DNA of 64,000 bases from IMG/VR virus record IMGVR_UViG_3300021185_003430. One strand, given 5' to 3'. The position numbers were made by a program, and so were the translations under genes. Shown here piece after piece: positions 9,547 to 18,822 of the stretch. The notes beneath the pieces were generated by a model that was given only the letters and a program-made list of their open reading frames with translations, made no database searches and was not told where the DNA came from. This stretch comes from an uncultured virus (IMG/VR IMGVR_UViG_3300021185_003430). Lineage: Duplodnaviria > Heunggongvirae > Uroviricota > Caudoviricetes. Each line of letters begins with the position of its first letter. Positions within the stretch are counted from its first letter, which is position 1.

Positions 9547-10440
9547 ATGAAACTAAGATATAGTGAAGCATTTTATTCAGTGCAAGGCGAAGGCAAGTTT
9601 GTAGGAGTACCTAGTGTGTTTTTACGTACATTTGGTTGTAACTTTCGTTGTATGAATTTTGGTACAAATGAAACAAAAGATCGTTGGCAACAGCATAAAG
9701 AAGGCCAACGTTATAATGCAGAAGTAAAAGAGCTTATTGATGCAGGAGTACATGAAGATACAAAAACATTTGAAGAATTACCAATTGTCCATACGGGCTG
9801 TGATACCTATGCAAGTATCTATCCTGAATTTAAACATTTTAATCGCGAAGCAACTATTGATGAAGTTGTTGAGCATCTATTGTCGCTTACACCAGAAGGT
9901 AAATGGACAATGAATAACGGCCAGGACGTACACTTAATACTTACTGGCGGCGAACCTTTGTTGGCGTGGCAACGATTGTACGTAGAATTATTTGAGCACC
10001 CACGTATGAAAGATCTAAAAAATGTTACATTTGAAACAAACACTACACAACCTTTACACAACGATTTCTACACATATCTTACAGATCAAGATAGATTTGA
10101 AGTCACTTGGAGTTGTTCCCCAAAGCTATCTGTCAGCGGAGAACCTTGGGAAACTGCTATTAAACCTGACGTTGCTCGTGAGTATAGCCTTGTTGACGGT
10201 AGCGACATTTATTTTAAGTTTGTTGTGGCTACTGAAGACGATTTTGAAGAAGTCGGCAGAGCTGTCAGTGCGTATGAGCGAGCGGGAATTAGATGCCCTG
10301 TATACCTCATGCCATTGGGAGGACGATCAGAAGAATACAACCTTAACGTCAAAGAAGTCGCAGAAGCATGCATGGAAAGAGGATGGAGATTTACCCCCAG
10401 ACTCCACATCAGCTTATTCGGAAATGCCTGGGGGACTTGA
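9547..10440 (+). CDS. queE: 7-carboxy-7-deazaguanine synthase (radical SAM)
   Basis: EAFYSVQGEG, FLRTFGCNFRC...GCDT (long insert before the third Cys), TGGEP, SPKL, PRLH. Confidence 0.9.
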   Translation: MKLRYSEAFYSVQGEGKFVGVPSVFLRTFGCNFRCMNFGTNETKDRWQQHKEGQRYNAEVKELIDAGVHEDTKTFEELPIVHTGCDTYASIYPEFKHFNREATIDEVVEHLLSLTPEGKWTMNNGQDVHLILTGGEPLLAWQRLYVELFEHPRMKDLKNVTFETNTTQPLHNDFYTYLTDQDRFEVTWSCSPKLSVSGEPWETAIKPDVAREYSLVDGSDIYFKFVVATEDDFEEVGRAVSAYERAGIRCPVYLMPLGGRSEEYNLNVKEVAEACMERGWRFTPRLHISLFGNAWGT

Positions 10441-10527
10441 TAAACTTAATACCAAACAAAAAACTCAACTTGAAAAGGCAATGAAAGCACCTATTGACCA
10501 AGACAAAATACGTAAAGCAGGTTTATA

Positions 10528-11193
10528 ATGAAAACTGATGTTGTTATAGGTATGCCACATCTTCTTGCTAATGGCGAACTAAACTTAAACCATTTTGTTA
10601 AATTAACTGGTGATGCACACTGGAGAGTACAAGTTGACAATCCTAGCCAACTATATACAAATGGCAAGCGAGTATATAATAGTTTCTTGTATACTGATAT
10701 CAATATCACAGAACAATTTTGTGAAGATGATAAGTTTACGATGGAAACAACTGGCAAACAATTAGATGATTATATCTATTGTAGCACACATAAATTTAAT
10801 AATAATACAATTAAGATGTATACAGTTGGTATACATGTACAAGATCATAAAGTATTACGTGTAGATAAAACTGGTGTGCGCCGTGACAACTTTTGGGATA
10901 AACACAGAACAGAAAAGTTAGGTATTACAACAGCAGATTCTTTACAACAATATGAGACAAGTTACTTGGTAGACTTTAATAGCGCAGGCATTTTATATTG
11001 TGCTAATTATATTACGTTTGCATATCGATATATGGATAAACACAATTTCTTTAAAAGATTAAGTGATATCTATTATTTTGGAAATATTAATCCAGGTGAG
11101 AAGATATTTATTGGACAAGATAAATCTTATAATCTAATTATGTATAGTGAAGACATGACACCTATTTGTAAGTTTAGCGGAAGCAATATATGA
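10528..11193 (+). CDS. Double hot-dog protein, Pnap_2097/LnmK-like
   Basis: GMPHL...GDAHW at the N-terminus and DFNSAGILYCANY motif. Confidence 0.6.
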   Translation: MKTDVVIGMPHLLANGELNLNHFVKLTGDAHWRVQVDNPSQLYTNGKRVYNSFLYTDINITEQFCEDDKFTMETTGKQLDDYIYCSTHKFNNNTIKMYTVGIHVQDHKVLRVDKTGVRRDNFWDKHRTEKLGITTADSLQQYETSYLVDFNSAGILYCANYITFAYRYMDKHNFFKRLSDIYYFGNINPGEKIFIGQDKSYNLIMYSEDMTPICKFSGSNI

Positions 11194-12302
11194 TAGATAG
11201 TATATACGATTTTTGGGGAATAAAAGATGAACATATTTTCAGTGATGAATTTACAGGGTATGAAGACCTTTATCCCCAATTTGACACATTTACTAAAGAG
11301 GTGTATGATGCTAATCCTAGTGACACTATTGACAGGGTTTTTGAGTTATATCGTAATCGAAATCTTGTTCCTATTACATATTTCACTGAGCAAGGAATAA
11401 GTCAAAAAATTAAATCCTTTAGAACTAAGTCCTATAATGGTGTGCAGAATGGAAGGCTCGGATTGGGTAATAACGCAGGACAAACCCTTAATAGATTTAT
11501 TTTTACTAATATGCAGACTGCCGAGCCCAAAGGAAGAGGATCCAACTCATTAAGAGACAGATTCAATGATGAGAAAAAACTTAAACGTGCTATTCGTATT
11601 TGTTTTGAGTTCAGAGAAGGTAACAAGTTAGTATATCCTACAGCGATGCGTAGAGCATTAGAACTAGTTACTGGTGAGAATGTAACAAACTTTAAAGCAC
11701 AGAACGCTCGTGCTATTGTAGAGCATTTGTGTCCTGTTATGTGGGGAAGAGTTTATGACTACAGTTGTGGATATGGTGGTAGATTATTAGGTATAAGTAG
11801 TAGTAACATGGGATACACCTATGTGGGCACCGACCCCAATACCGAAACATTTAATTATCTAAATTATTTGAACACTTTTTTAAACAGTGATAGTGAAATT
11901 ATAAAAGACGTAAGTGAAAATTATCAAAGCGAAGATATTGATCTTGCATTTAGTAGTCCTCCTTATTTTAACTTAGAAAAGTATAGTGATGAACCTACAC
12001 AATGCATGGTTAACTATACCACATTAGACGAATGGTTTGAAGGGTATGTTGCTCCAACAATGAAGAACATACACAAAGGACTAAATGATGAAGGAATATT
12101 TGCTACGAACATTGCTGACTATAAAAGCTATGGAAACAAGGAATTCAATGTTGTGGAAGACTGGATTTCGACGGCTGGCAAGGTGGGCTTCGAGCATACA
12201 AAAACGATTAAGATGATGCTAAACACACGACCAGGTGTTGGCAACGACAAACTAGAAGGTCGAGAAAAATGGGAAGGCGTATACGTCTTTAAAAAGAAAT
12301 GA
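11190..12302 (+). CDS. Amino (N6A/N4C) DNA methyltransferase-like protein
   Basis: YDYSCGYGGRLLG SAM motif followed by FSSPPYF catalytic motif. Confidence 0.75.
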   Translation: MIDSIYDFWGIKDEHIFSDEFTGYEDLYPQFDTFTKEVYDANPSDTIDRVFELYRNRNLVPITYFTEQGISQKIKSFRTKSYNGVQNGRLGLGNNAGQTLNRFIFTNMQTAEPKGRGSNSLRDRFNDEKKLKRAIRICFEFREGNKLVYPTAMRRALELVTGENVTNFKAQNARAIVEHLCPVMWGRVYDYSCGYGGRLLGISSSNMGYTYVGTDPNTETFNYLNYLNTFLNSDSEIIKDVSENYQSEDIDLAFSSPPYFNLEKYSDEPTQCMVNYTTLDEWFEGYVAPTMKNIHKGLNDEGIFATNIADYKSYGNKEFNVVEDWISTAGKVGFEHTKTIKMMLNTRPGVGNDKLEGREKWEGVYVFKKK

Positions 12303-12697
12303 ATACAAAAATAAATGAATGGACTGAGGAATTTAGTTTCTTGGATGATGATGATAGATTAGTTCATCTGATAGACTTGGCAAAAAAACCAACCAATCTA
12401 CCAGTTGAATTGCGTACAGATGATAGACTAGTACACGGATGTATGAGCCAAATTTGGATCGATGTCGGAGTACAAGAGGATTTAGTACAAGTTTACTATG
12501 ATAGCGATGCTATGATTACAAAAGGTATCACTAGTGTAGTTGCTGATTGTTTTAGCGATATCCCATTGGATGAAGCAAAGCAATTAACTAAACAAGATTT
12601 TGAGAAGTTGGGAATCAAAGAACTTCTTTCAGTACAACGTAGAAATGGGCTAGGAAGTCTCATACAAACAATTTCTACAAAAATAAAAACATTATAG
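12299..12697 (+). CDS. sufE: SufE Fe-S assembly sulfur acceptor
   Basis: VHGCMSQIW, DSDAMITKG, LSVQRRNGL. Confidence 0.9.
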   Translation: MNTKINEWTEEFSFLDDDDRLVHLIDLAKKPTNLPVELRTDDRLVHGCMSQIWIDVGVQEDLVQVYYDSDAMITKGITSVVADCFSDIPLDEAKQLTKQDFEKLGIKELLSVQRRNGLGSLIQTISTKIKTL

Positions 12698-12711
12698 GAA
12701 AATAATATAAT

Positions 12712-13815
12712 ATGAACGACTATATTTTTACAAGCGAAAGTGTCAGTGATGGACACCCAGATAAAGTAGCAGACCAAATTAGTGATGCACTAGTTGACGC
12801 AGGACTTAAAGCAGGCGACGAAACTACTCGTGTCGCGGTTGAAACACTTGTAACCACCAATTATGTAACATTGGCGGGCGAAGTAAAAAACTTTAACGTT
12901 ACTAACGATGAAGTTGAACAAATTGTTAGAGACAAAGTTAAAGAGATTGGATACGAACAAGATGGTTTCCATTGGGAAAAATTAACAATTGATAATAAAA
13001 CCATCAACAATAAATTACATAGTCAGAGTGCAGACATTGGTTTGGGTACTGATGACTTTGGTGCAGGTGACCAAGGACTAATGTTTGGTTACGCAAGTAA
13101 CGAAAATGACGCATTTTTGCCATCGCCAATTCATTATTCGCATGAAATACTAAAAAAGCTAAAAGAGTATCGTAATGATGGATATGATTTTTTATTACCT
13201 GATGCAAAGTCACAAGTGAGTGTCCAATACGAGGGCGGTAAACCAAAGCGTATTGATCAAATTGTTGTGTCACATCAACATAAAGAAGGTTTTGTTCACA
13301 GTACTGTGGCACCTGCACGTGATGCGGCAGAAGAAATATTAGGAGATCTAATTGATAAAAATACAATATGGCATATTAATCCTACTGGTAACTTTGTTAT
13401 TGGCGGTCCTGACGGCGATACCGGACTTACCGGACGCAAAATTATTGTTGATACCTATGGCGGCTTTGCTCCTCATGGCGGTGGTGCTTTTAGTGGTAAA
13501 GATCCTACCAAAGTAGACCGTAGTGCGGCATATATGGCACGATGGTTAGCAAAGAATGTAGTAGCAGACAACATGGCTGATTGGTGTCAAATTCAATTGT
13601 CATATGCTATTGGTGTTAAGGAACCAACAAGTATCTATGTAGATTCAAATGGACACAATAGAACAATTCAAAAGTTCATTGAAGATAATATTGATTTAAC
13701 ACCAAAAGGAATCATTGACAGATTTGACATGTACAACTATTATGGATATAGTGAAAACTGTGTTTATGGTCACTTTGGTAATAAAAACGTTCCTTGGGAA
13801 CAGATCGGATGGTAA
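12712..13815 (+). CDS. metK: S-adenosylmethionine synthetase
   Basis: FTSESVSDGHPDK, GAGDQG, DTGLTGRKIIVDTYGG, GGGAFSGKDPTKVDRS. Confidence 0.97.
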   Translation: MNDYIFTSESVSDGHPDKVADQISDALVDAGLKAGDETTRVAVETLVTTNYVTLAGEVKNFNVTNDEVEQIVRDKVKEIGYEQDGFHWEKLTIDNKTINNKLHSQSADIGLGTDDFGAGDQGLMFGYASNENDAFLPSPIHYSHEILKKLKEYRNDGYDFLLPDAKSQVSVQYEGGKPKRIDQIVVSHQHKEGFVHSTVAPARDAAEEILGDLIDKNTIWHINPTGNFVIGGPDGDTGLTGRKIIVDTYGGFAPHGGGAFSGKDPTKVDRSAAYMARWLAKNVVADNMADWCQIQLSYAIGVKEPTSIYVDSNGHNRTIQKFIEDNIDLTPKGIIDRFDMYNYYGYSENCVYGHFGNKNVPWEQIGW

Positions 13816-13818
13816 ATT

Positions 13819-14109
13819 ATGGGATGGTGGAATAAGCTAACTCAAAAATTAAAAACAACTAAAAAAGAACAAAGTATTCTTACTGAAAAAGAAAAAGCAA
13901 CAGCACGTGGGGAACCATTTGTAAAAGTCGTAGAAGTCAATATTGATCCTGAAAACCCAGGACAAGGATATTTTGAATTAGACTGGAATCAACTATTTGT
14001 TGCACAACTTTTAGAAGCTGGATATAGTGGAAAAGACGAAGAAGAAATAATTGATTCTTGGTTTACCAATTTATGTAGGGGTATTGCAGAGGACGTCAAT
14101 AATGCTTGA
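13819..14109 (+). CDS. Hypothetical phage protein
   Basis: ORF with GYFELDWN motif; function unknown. Confidence 0.65.
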   Translation: MGWWNKLTQKLKTTKKEQSILTEKEKATARGEPFVKVVEVNIDPENPGQGYFELDWNQLFVAQLLEAGYSGKDEEEIIDSWFTNLCRGIAEDVNNA

Positions 14110-14134
14110 CGTCCTTTACTCTTTATTGTATAAT
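14106..14134 (+). promoter_or_regulatory. Sigma70-type promoter
   Basis: TTGACG-17bp-TATAAT. Confidence 0.75.
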
Positions 14135-14156
14135 AATACTATAACAGGAGACTATT

Positions 14157-14348
14157 ATGGGAACAGGAACAGTGAATAGTAAATTTCGATATATCGAAAG
14201 TCTTAAGAAAAAACACCGTAGTTTAGATAATGAAATTTTATCATTACCAATAAGTGTAAGTGAATTTAAAGTAAAAGAACTTAAAACCAAAAAACTACAT
14301 ATCAAACAAGAAATCGCAAAATTAACAAACGAACTAAATGAGGTTTAA
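14157..14348 (+). CDS. DUF465/YdcH-like coiled-coil protein
   Basis: LKKKHRSLDNEI...LKTKKLHIKQEI; AGGAG RBS. Confidence 0.65.
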   Translation: MGTGTVNSKFRYIESLKKKHRSLDNEILSLPISVSEFKVKELKTKKLHIKQEIAKLTNELNEV

Positions 14349-15341
14349 ATGAGTAATACCTATATACTGGTAGATGCGGCTAATATGTTTATGCGAGCTC
14401 GACATGTTGTACGTGGCGATGACATGAGTACTAAAATTGGTATGGCATATCATATTATGTTTAATAGTATTAATAAAGTATGGCGTGATCAAGATGGCTC
14501 ACATGTTGTAATGTGTCTTGAGGGACGAAGCTGGCGCAAGGACTTTTATGAGCCTTACAAGCGAAATCGTAAGGAAGCTATTGCCGCCAAAACAGATCGT
14601 GAGCAACAGGAAGATCAGCAGTTTTGGGATGCTTTTGATGAGTTCCAAACATTTATGCGTGACAAAACAAATGTAACAGTATTACAGGATAGTATTTGTG
14701 AAGCAGATGACTTTATTGCACGTTGGATACAAAATCATCCTAACGACAAACATTGCATCGTAAGTAGTGACAGTGACTTTTATCAATTGCTTAATGAGAA
14801 CGTAACACAATACAATGGTATTACTGGACAACTTATTACAACCAAAGGTATCTTTGATGACCGTGGTAAGCCAGTTATTGATAAGAAAACTAAAGAGCCT
14901 AAACTGATAGGCGATCCTGAATGGTTATTGTTTGAAAAGTGCATACGTGGTGATACTGCTGATAATGTGTTTAGTGCATGTCCAGGTGCTCGTAAGAAAG
15001 GCACTAAAAATAAAGTAGGTATGATGGAAGCATTTGAGGATCGCAACACAAAAGGCTACAATTGGAATAATTTTATGTTACAGCGTTGGGTAGATCATAA
15101 CAATGATGAGCATCGTGTGTTGGAAGACTATCAACGCAATGTGCATATTATTGATCTTACTGCACAGCCCGATAATGTAAAGGAACAGTTAGATAAAGCT
15201 ATCGTAGAGCAAGTACAGAAAGAACGTAAGTCGCAAGTAGGTATACACCTTATGCGTTTATGCGGCAAACATGACTTGGCTAGATTGGCTGAAAGAGTGA
15301 ATGATCATGCAGTATACTTGAATAAGGCATACAATGACTGA
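14349..15341 (+). CDS. rnh: T4-type RNase H / 5'-3' exonuclease
   Basis: LVD, SWRKDFYEPYKRNR, EADD, SSDSDF, GDTADNV. Confidence 0.9.
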   Translation: MSNTYILVDAANMFMRARHVVRGDDMSTKIGMAYHIMFNSINKVWRDQDGSHVVMCLEGRSWRKDFYEPYKRNRKEAIAAKTDREQQEDQQFWDAFDEFQTFMRDKTNVTVLQDSICEADDFIARWIQNHPNDKHCIVSSDSDFYQLLNENVTQYNGITGQLITTKGIFDDRGKPVIDKKTKEPKLIGDPEWLLFEKCIRGDTADNVFSACPGARKKGTKNKVGMMEAFEDRNTKGYNWNNFMLQRWVDHNNDEHRVLEDYQRNVHIIDLTAQPDNVKEQLDKAIVEQVQKERKSQVGIHLMRLCGKHDLARLAERVNDHAVYLNKAYND

Positions 15342-15519
15342 TCTGCATCTTTTTAAATGGTATGATTGGATTGCAATATTAGTATTTTCCAATTTATTTC
15401 ATACATTTTTGTTTGCGACACTATTTGGTGGAGGAATCATTACAGCAATTATTTTAGCTTTATTGTGGGAAGGATGGAAAATTTATGAAAAATGGAGAAT
15501 TGGATATTATGACACATAA
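15334..15519 (+). CDS. Small membrane protein
   Basis: Two hydrophobic segments; overlaps both neighbours. Confidence 0.6.
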   Translation: MTDLHLFKWYDWIAILVFSNLFHTFLFATLFGGGIITAIILALLWEGWKIYEKWRIGYYDT

Positions 15520-15832
15520 CGAATATATTGATAAACTTAAACGTGGAGTTTTTGAAGTCACATTTAATAAAATTAGTGGAGAGCAAAGGATAATGAATTG
15601 TACTTTGCATCCACGTGTTTTGCCTAAAGCTATAAAAGAAGACACAATGACACAAAAAAAGATTCGTGAACTAAACGAGGAAGTAGTAAGTGTATGGGAT
15701 GTCAAGGCAGAAGGTTGGCGTGCATTTAGAGTACAAAATGTTACAGATTTTAAACGTTTGGGTGCGGCATGTACTTGTGGCAAAACACAAAGTGCAGTTA
15801 AAACTTGTGATGGATCACATAGTAACGTATAA
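15509..15832 (+). CDS. WYL-like/SH3-fold phage protein fused to a CDGSH-type Fe-S motif
   Basis: VTFNKISGEQRIMNCTL...VWDVKAEGWRAFR plus C-terminal CTCGKTQSAVKTCDGSH. Confidence 0.7.
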   Translation: MTHNEYIDKLKRGVFEVTFNKISGEQRIMNCTLHPRVLPKAIKEDTMTQKKIRELNEEVVSVWDVKAEGWRAFRVQNVTDFKRLGAACTCGKTQSAVKTCDGSHSNV

Positions 15833-16266
15833 TGTATAATACTATTGAGCTTATAGAAGATAAATTTTGGATTGTAGAATCCAGAATTGGTAAAGTGGGT
15901 ACTATTAGAAAAGTATCTACTGGCTATGAGTTCTTTAATCAATTAGATAAAACAACTACAAATATAGATAATCTTAATGACTTTGGTAGCATAGAAAAGC
16001 AAGAAACAGATCTCAAAACATGTCAAGGTTATCCTACTAATAGTAGTATAGTATATAATGGCGAGCATGAAAAATTGCCTATATTTTATAAAAAGCCAAG
16101 TATGAAGCAACCACATGCTGCAGGCTATTATATAATAAAGTTTAAGAAATGGTTACCTAGTTTCTGTCCTAGACTATCTACGTTACAGAACTATGAGTAC
16201 AATGGTCCTTTTTTAACAGAATGGGACATGAACTTACAACTTAAAAGGACTAAAAAATATGATTAG
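15832..16266 (+). CDS. Hypothetical phage protein
   Basis: Coupled ORF; AAGYYII...FCPRL...GPF. Confidence 0.65.
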   Translation: MYNTIELIEDKFWIVESRIGKVGTIRKVSTGYEFFNQLDKTTTNIDNLNDFGSIEKQETDLKTCQGYPTNSSIVYNGEHEKLPIFYKKPSMKQPHAAGYYIIKFKKWLPSFCPRLSTLQNYEYNGPFLTEWDMNLQLKRTKKYD

Positions 16267-16663
16267 ATATATAGCTATATTGCTTTTATTAGCAACACAA
16301 GTAAACGCTCAAGGATTAGGCGTAGATATTCTTCCTGATGTACCTGATATAGAAACGTTACCAGAACCTGATCTGTCAGAACCTGATCTGACACCACAAG
16401 AGGCGCCATTACAAAATTATGAAACAGGTATGTTATGTGGTAATAGCCAAGTTATAAGAGACATGATGATATCCACAGGTAAACAAGTTTTTGTAACTGG
16501 AGAAAAGTATCCACAAGATCCAGGTATTTTTCAATACACCGCATTACTAATTAATGCAATTACTGGAGAATATAGTTTTATATTCATTGCTCCACAGTTT
16601 AATACGACTTGTATTGTTCATCAAGGTACTGGACTTAGATTAATAAGCCCAGACAATCAATAA
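16259..16663 (+). CDS. Hypothetical secreted protein
   Basis: Signal peptide (..VNA/Q), two Cys, short EPDL tandem repeat. Confidence 0.6.
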   Translation: MIRYIAILLLLATQVNAQGLGVDILPDVPDIETLPEPDLSEPDLTPQEAPLQNYETGMLCGNSQVIRDMMISTGKQVFVTGEKYPQDPGIFQYTALLINAITGEYSFIFIAPQFNTTCIVHQGTGLRLISPDNQ

Positions 16664-16685
16664 AACATGTTTTAATTAAAATTCT

Positions 16686-16693
16686 TATAAATA
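16686..16693 (+). promoter_or_regulatory. T4-type late promoter
   Basis: Exact TATAAATA in an intergenic region. Confidence 0.65.
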
Positions 16694-16736
16694 AGTATGT
16701 CGGGGGACAATACGTAGTAAGGATAAGAATTAAAAC

Positions 16737-17036
16737 ATGGCTAGACCAAAACCAACTATATTACTGGAACACGTAGATAAGAACTATAACTCAGAGCAAA
16801 TCTTAGAGGCAAGTGCAATTTACGCTGTTTTTTACAAAGGACAACCAATTAATTTAAGAACATTAAGTACTTTAGTAAACTATCCAGGACCCAAATACAA
16901 AAAGATAAGTTTCAGTAACAGTGGACATGCTTTTAATTTGGCTGCAAGATTAAATAAACAGTTTAACACTGACGATTTTACAGTAGTAAGACTACTTGAA
17001 GGAGAAGTAGTTACACGTGATGGAGATAAAAAATAA
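16737..17036 (+). CDS. Hypothetical phage protein
   Basis: MARPKPTILLE...YPGPKYKKISFSNSGHA; follows a late-type promoter. Confidence 0.7.
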   Translation: MARPKPTILLEHVDKNYNSEQILEASAIYAVFYKGQPINLRTLSTLVNYPGPKYKKISFSNSGHAFNLAARLNKQFNTDDFTVVRLLEGEVVTRDGDKK

Positions 17037-17313
17037 ACTGATTAGCTCTCTTGGTAACACAGGAGAAGAGAAGTTATTTCAGAGTAAAGACTCACTAAGA
17101 CTTACTAAACTCGGATGCAAGGTTTTCTGTGAAAACTTTGACCATTGGACATTTCTTTTAGATAATAGAATAACTACAGGACAAATAATTCATTTACAAC
17201 GCAAAATGAAGATGCCCTATTATTTTGACACAAAAAAAGTAATGTTATTCAGTGAACGTGATGCATTTATGGCCAAGCTAGGAGGAGTAGATGCATGGAT
17301 AGTAAGCAAATGA
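17017..17313 (+). CDS. Hypothetical protein
   Basis: Coupled ORF. Confidence 0.6.
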   Translation: MMEIKNKLISSLGNTGEEKLFQSKDSLRLTKLGCKVFCENFDHWTFLLDNRITTGQIIHLQRKMKMPYYFDTKKVMLFSERDAFMAKLGGVDAWIVSK

Positions 17314-17618
17314 CATCCTTGGATTTGCATGGATATACAGTACATAACGCTTGGAATATATTTAATACACATCTTTCTAATTGCTTTTATAATGGTATCA
17401 AAAGTACTATAATAGTTACTGGACATGGACAAATATCAAACGAAATTATAGCATGGACGCATAATAGCGAATATGCAACAGGATGCAGTAGGCTAGATCC
17501 AAATACTGGTGCTTATACTGTACAAATTAAAAAATCCAAACATACGAAAAAGAAAGACAGAAGACCTGATACGTCTCTCAGTATAAAAGAACTATACGTG
17601 AGATATAACAGAAATTAA
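17310..17618 (+). CDS. Stand-alone Smr/MutS2-domain protein
   Basis: LDLHG, IVTGHG, NTGA motifs; ATGA overlap. Confidence 0.75.
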   Translation: MTSLDLHGYTVHNAWNIFNTHLSNCFYNGIKSTIIVTGHGQISNEIIAWTHNSEYATGCSRLDPNTGAYTVQIKKSKHTKKKDRRPDTSLSIKELYVRYNRN

Positions 17619-17635
17619 TTTAATTTTATTGTCTT

Positions 17636-17700
17636 TTTTTTCTTGACAACCAATGCGTCTTACTGTAATGTGTAAGAGTAAGTTAGTTAACAAAAAGGAA
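17636..17700 (+). repeat. Promoter cassette copy 1 (inverted copy at 58351-58411)
   Basis: TTTTTTCTTGACAACCAATGCGTCTTACT (29 bp identical), TTGACA-17-TAATGT, TAAGAGTAAGTTA, AAAAGGAA. Confidence 0.85.
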
Positions 17701-17706
17701 TGTCGA

Positions 17707-18822
17707 ATGTCTACTATTACAGAAACACGTACTGTAAAGATTTCAGAAGCAAAAATACTTATTACACGAGCGTTTAAGAAAAAACGCCCTGTATTCCTTT
17801 GGGGACCTCCAGGTATTGGCAAATCAGAGCTTGTTGAAGGAATCGGTGCAAGTGGTGTCATGGGTAACACTCATGTAATTGATTTGCGTCTTGCATTATT
17901 TGAGCCTACAGATTTGCGTGGTTATCCAGCACCAGACATGGAAACTAAACAAATGATTTGGCTTCCAGCCGCAGATCTACCAACTGCTGAAATGGCAGCT
18001 ATGTATGATACTGTTATTTTGTTCCTAGATGAACTTAATAGTGCTGCACCTAGTGTACAGGCTGCCGCATACCAGCTTATTCTAAATCGTCGAATTGGTC
18101 AATATGTATTGCCAGACAATGTGGTAATTATTGCCGCTGGTAACCGCGAAACTGACAAAGGCGTTACATATCGTATGCCTAAGCCACTTGAGAATCGTTT
18201 TGTTCACTTTGAACTACGTGTTGATTTCCAAGATTGGTTGAACTGGGCTGTTGCTCCAGAAAACAATATCGATGCAGATGTTGTTGGTTATATTAGTTTT
18301 GCAAAAGGCGACTTATATAACTTCGATCCGCAATCTAGCTCACGTGGTTTTTCCACACCGCGATCATGGACATTTGTTTCAGAATTGCTAGAAGATAGTG
18401 AAGACTTGAGTGCAGGATTGCAAACAGATTTAGTTGCAGGATGTATTGGAGAAGGCATTGCCGTAAAGTTTATGTCACATCGTCAAATTGCTAGTGACTT
18501 GCCAATGCCAGAAGATGTATTGGATGGTAAAGTTAAGAAACTTGAGACATCAGAAATTAGTGCGGCGTATGCACTTGCTACTAGCCTATGTTATGAGTTG
18601 CGTGATCGTAATATTAACGGCGAAAAATCAGGCAAGATGGATAACTTCCACAAAAGTTTTTCAAACTTTATCGGATTTATGATGGATAATTTTGAGACTG
18701 AAATGGTTATTATGGCAAGCCGTATCGCAATGCAACAATATAAGTTGATGCCAAAACAAGATAAAATTGAACGATTTGAGGAGTATTTTAACCGTTATGG
18801 TCGACTCGTACTTGACGCCTAA
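17707..18822 (+). CDS. MoxR-type AAA+ ATPase
   Basis: GPPGIGKS, LFLDELN, AAGN, PLENRF, TPRSW; start ATG 17707 after AAGGA. Confidence 0.9.
   Translation: MSTITETRTVKISEAKILITRAFKKKRPVFLWGPPGIGKSELVEGIGASGVMGNTHVIDLRLALFEPTDLRGYPAPDMETKQMIWLPAADLPTAEMAAMYDTVILFLDELNSAAPSVQAAAYQLILNRRIGQYVLPDNVVIIAAGNRETDKGVTYRMPKPLENRFVHFELRVDFQDWLNWAVAPENNIDADVVGYISFAKGDLYNFDPQSSSRGFSTPRSWTFVSELLEDSEDLSAGLQTDLVAGCIGEGIAVKFMSHRQIASDLPMPEDVLDGKVKKLETSEISAAYALATSLCYELRDRNINGEKSGKMDNFHKSFSNFIGFMMDNFETEMVIMASRIAMQQYKLMPKQDKIERFEEYFNRYGRLVLDA

Noticed and set aside
16362..16390. Tandem CAGAACCTGATCTG repeat
   Set aside because: Two in-frame copies encoding EPDL; simple slippage duplication.
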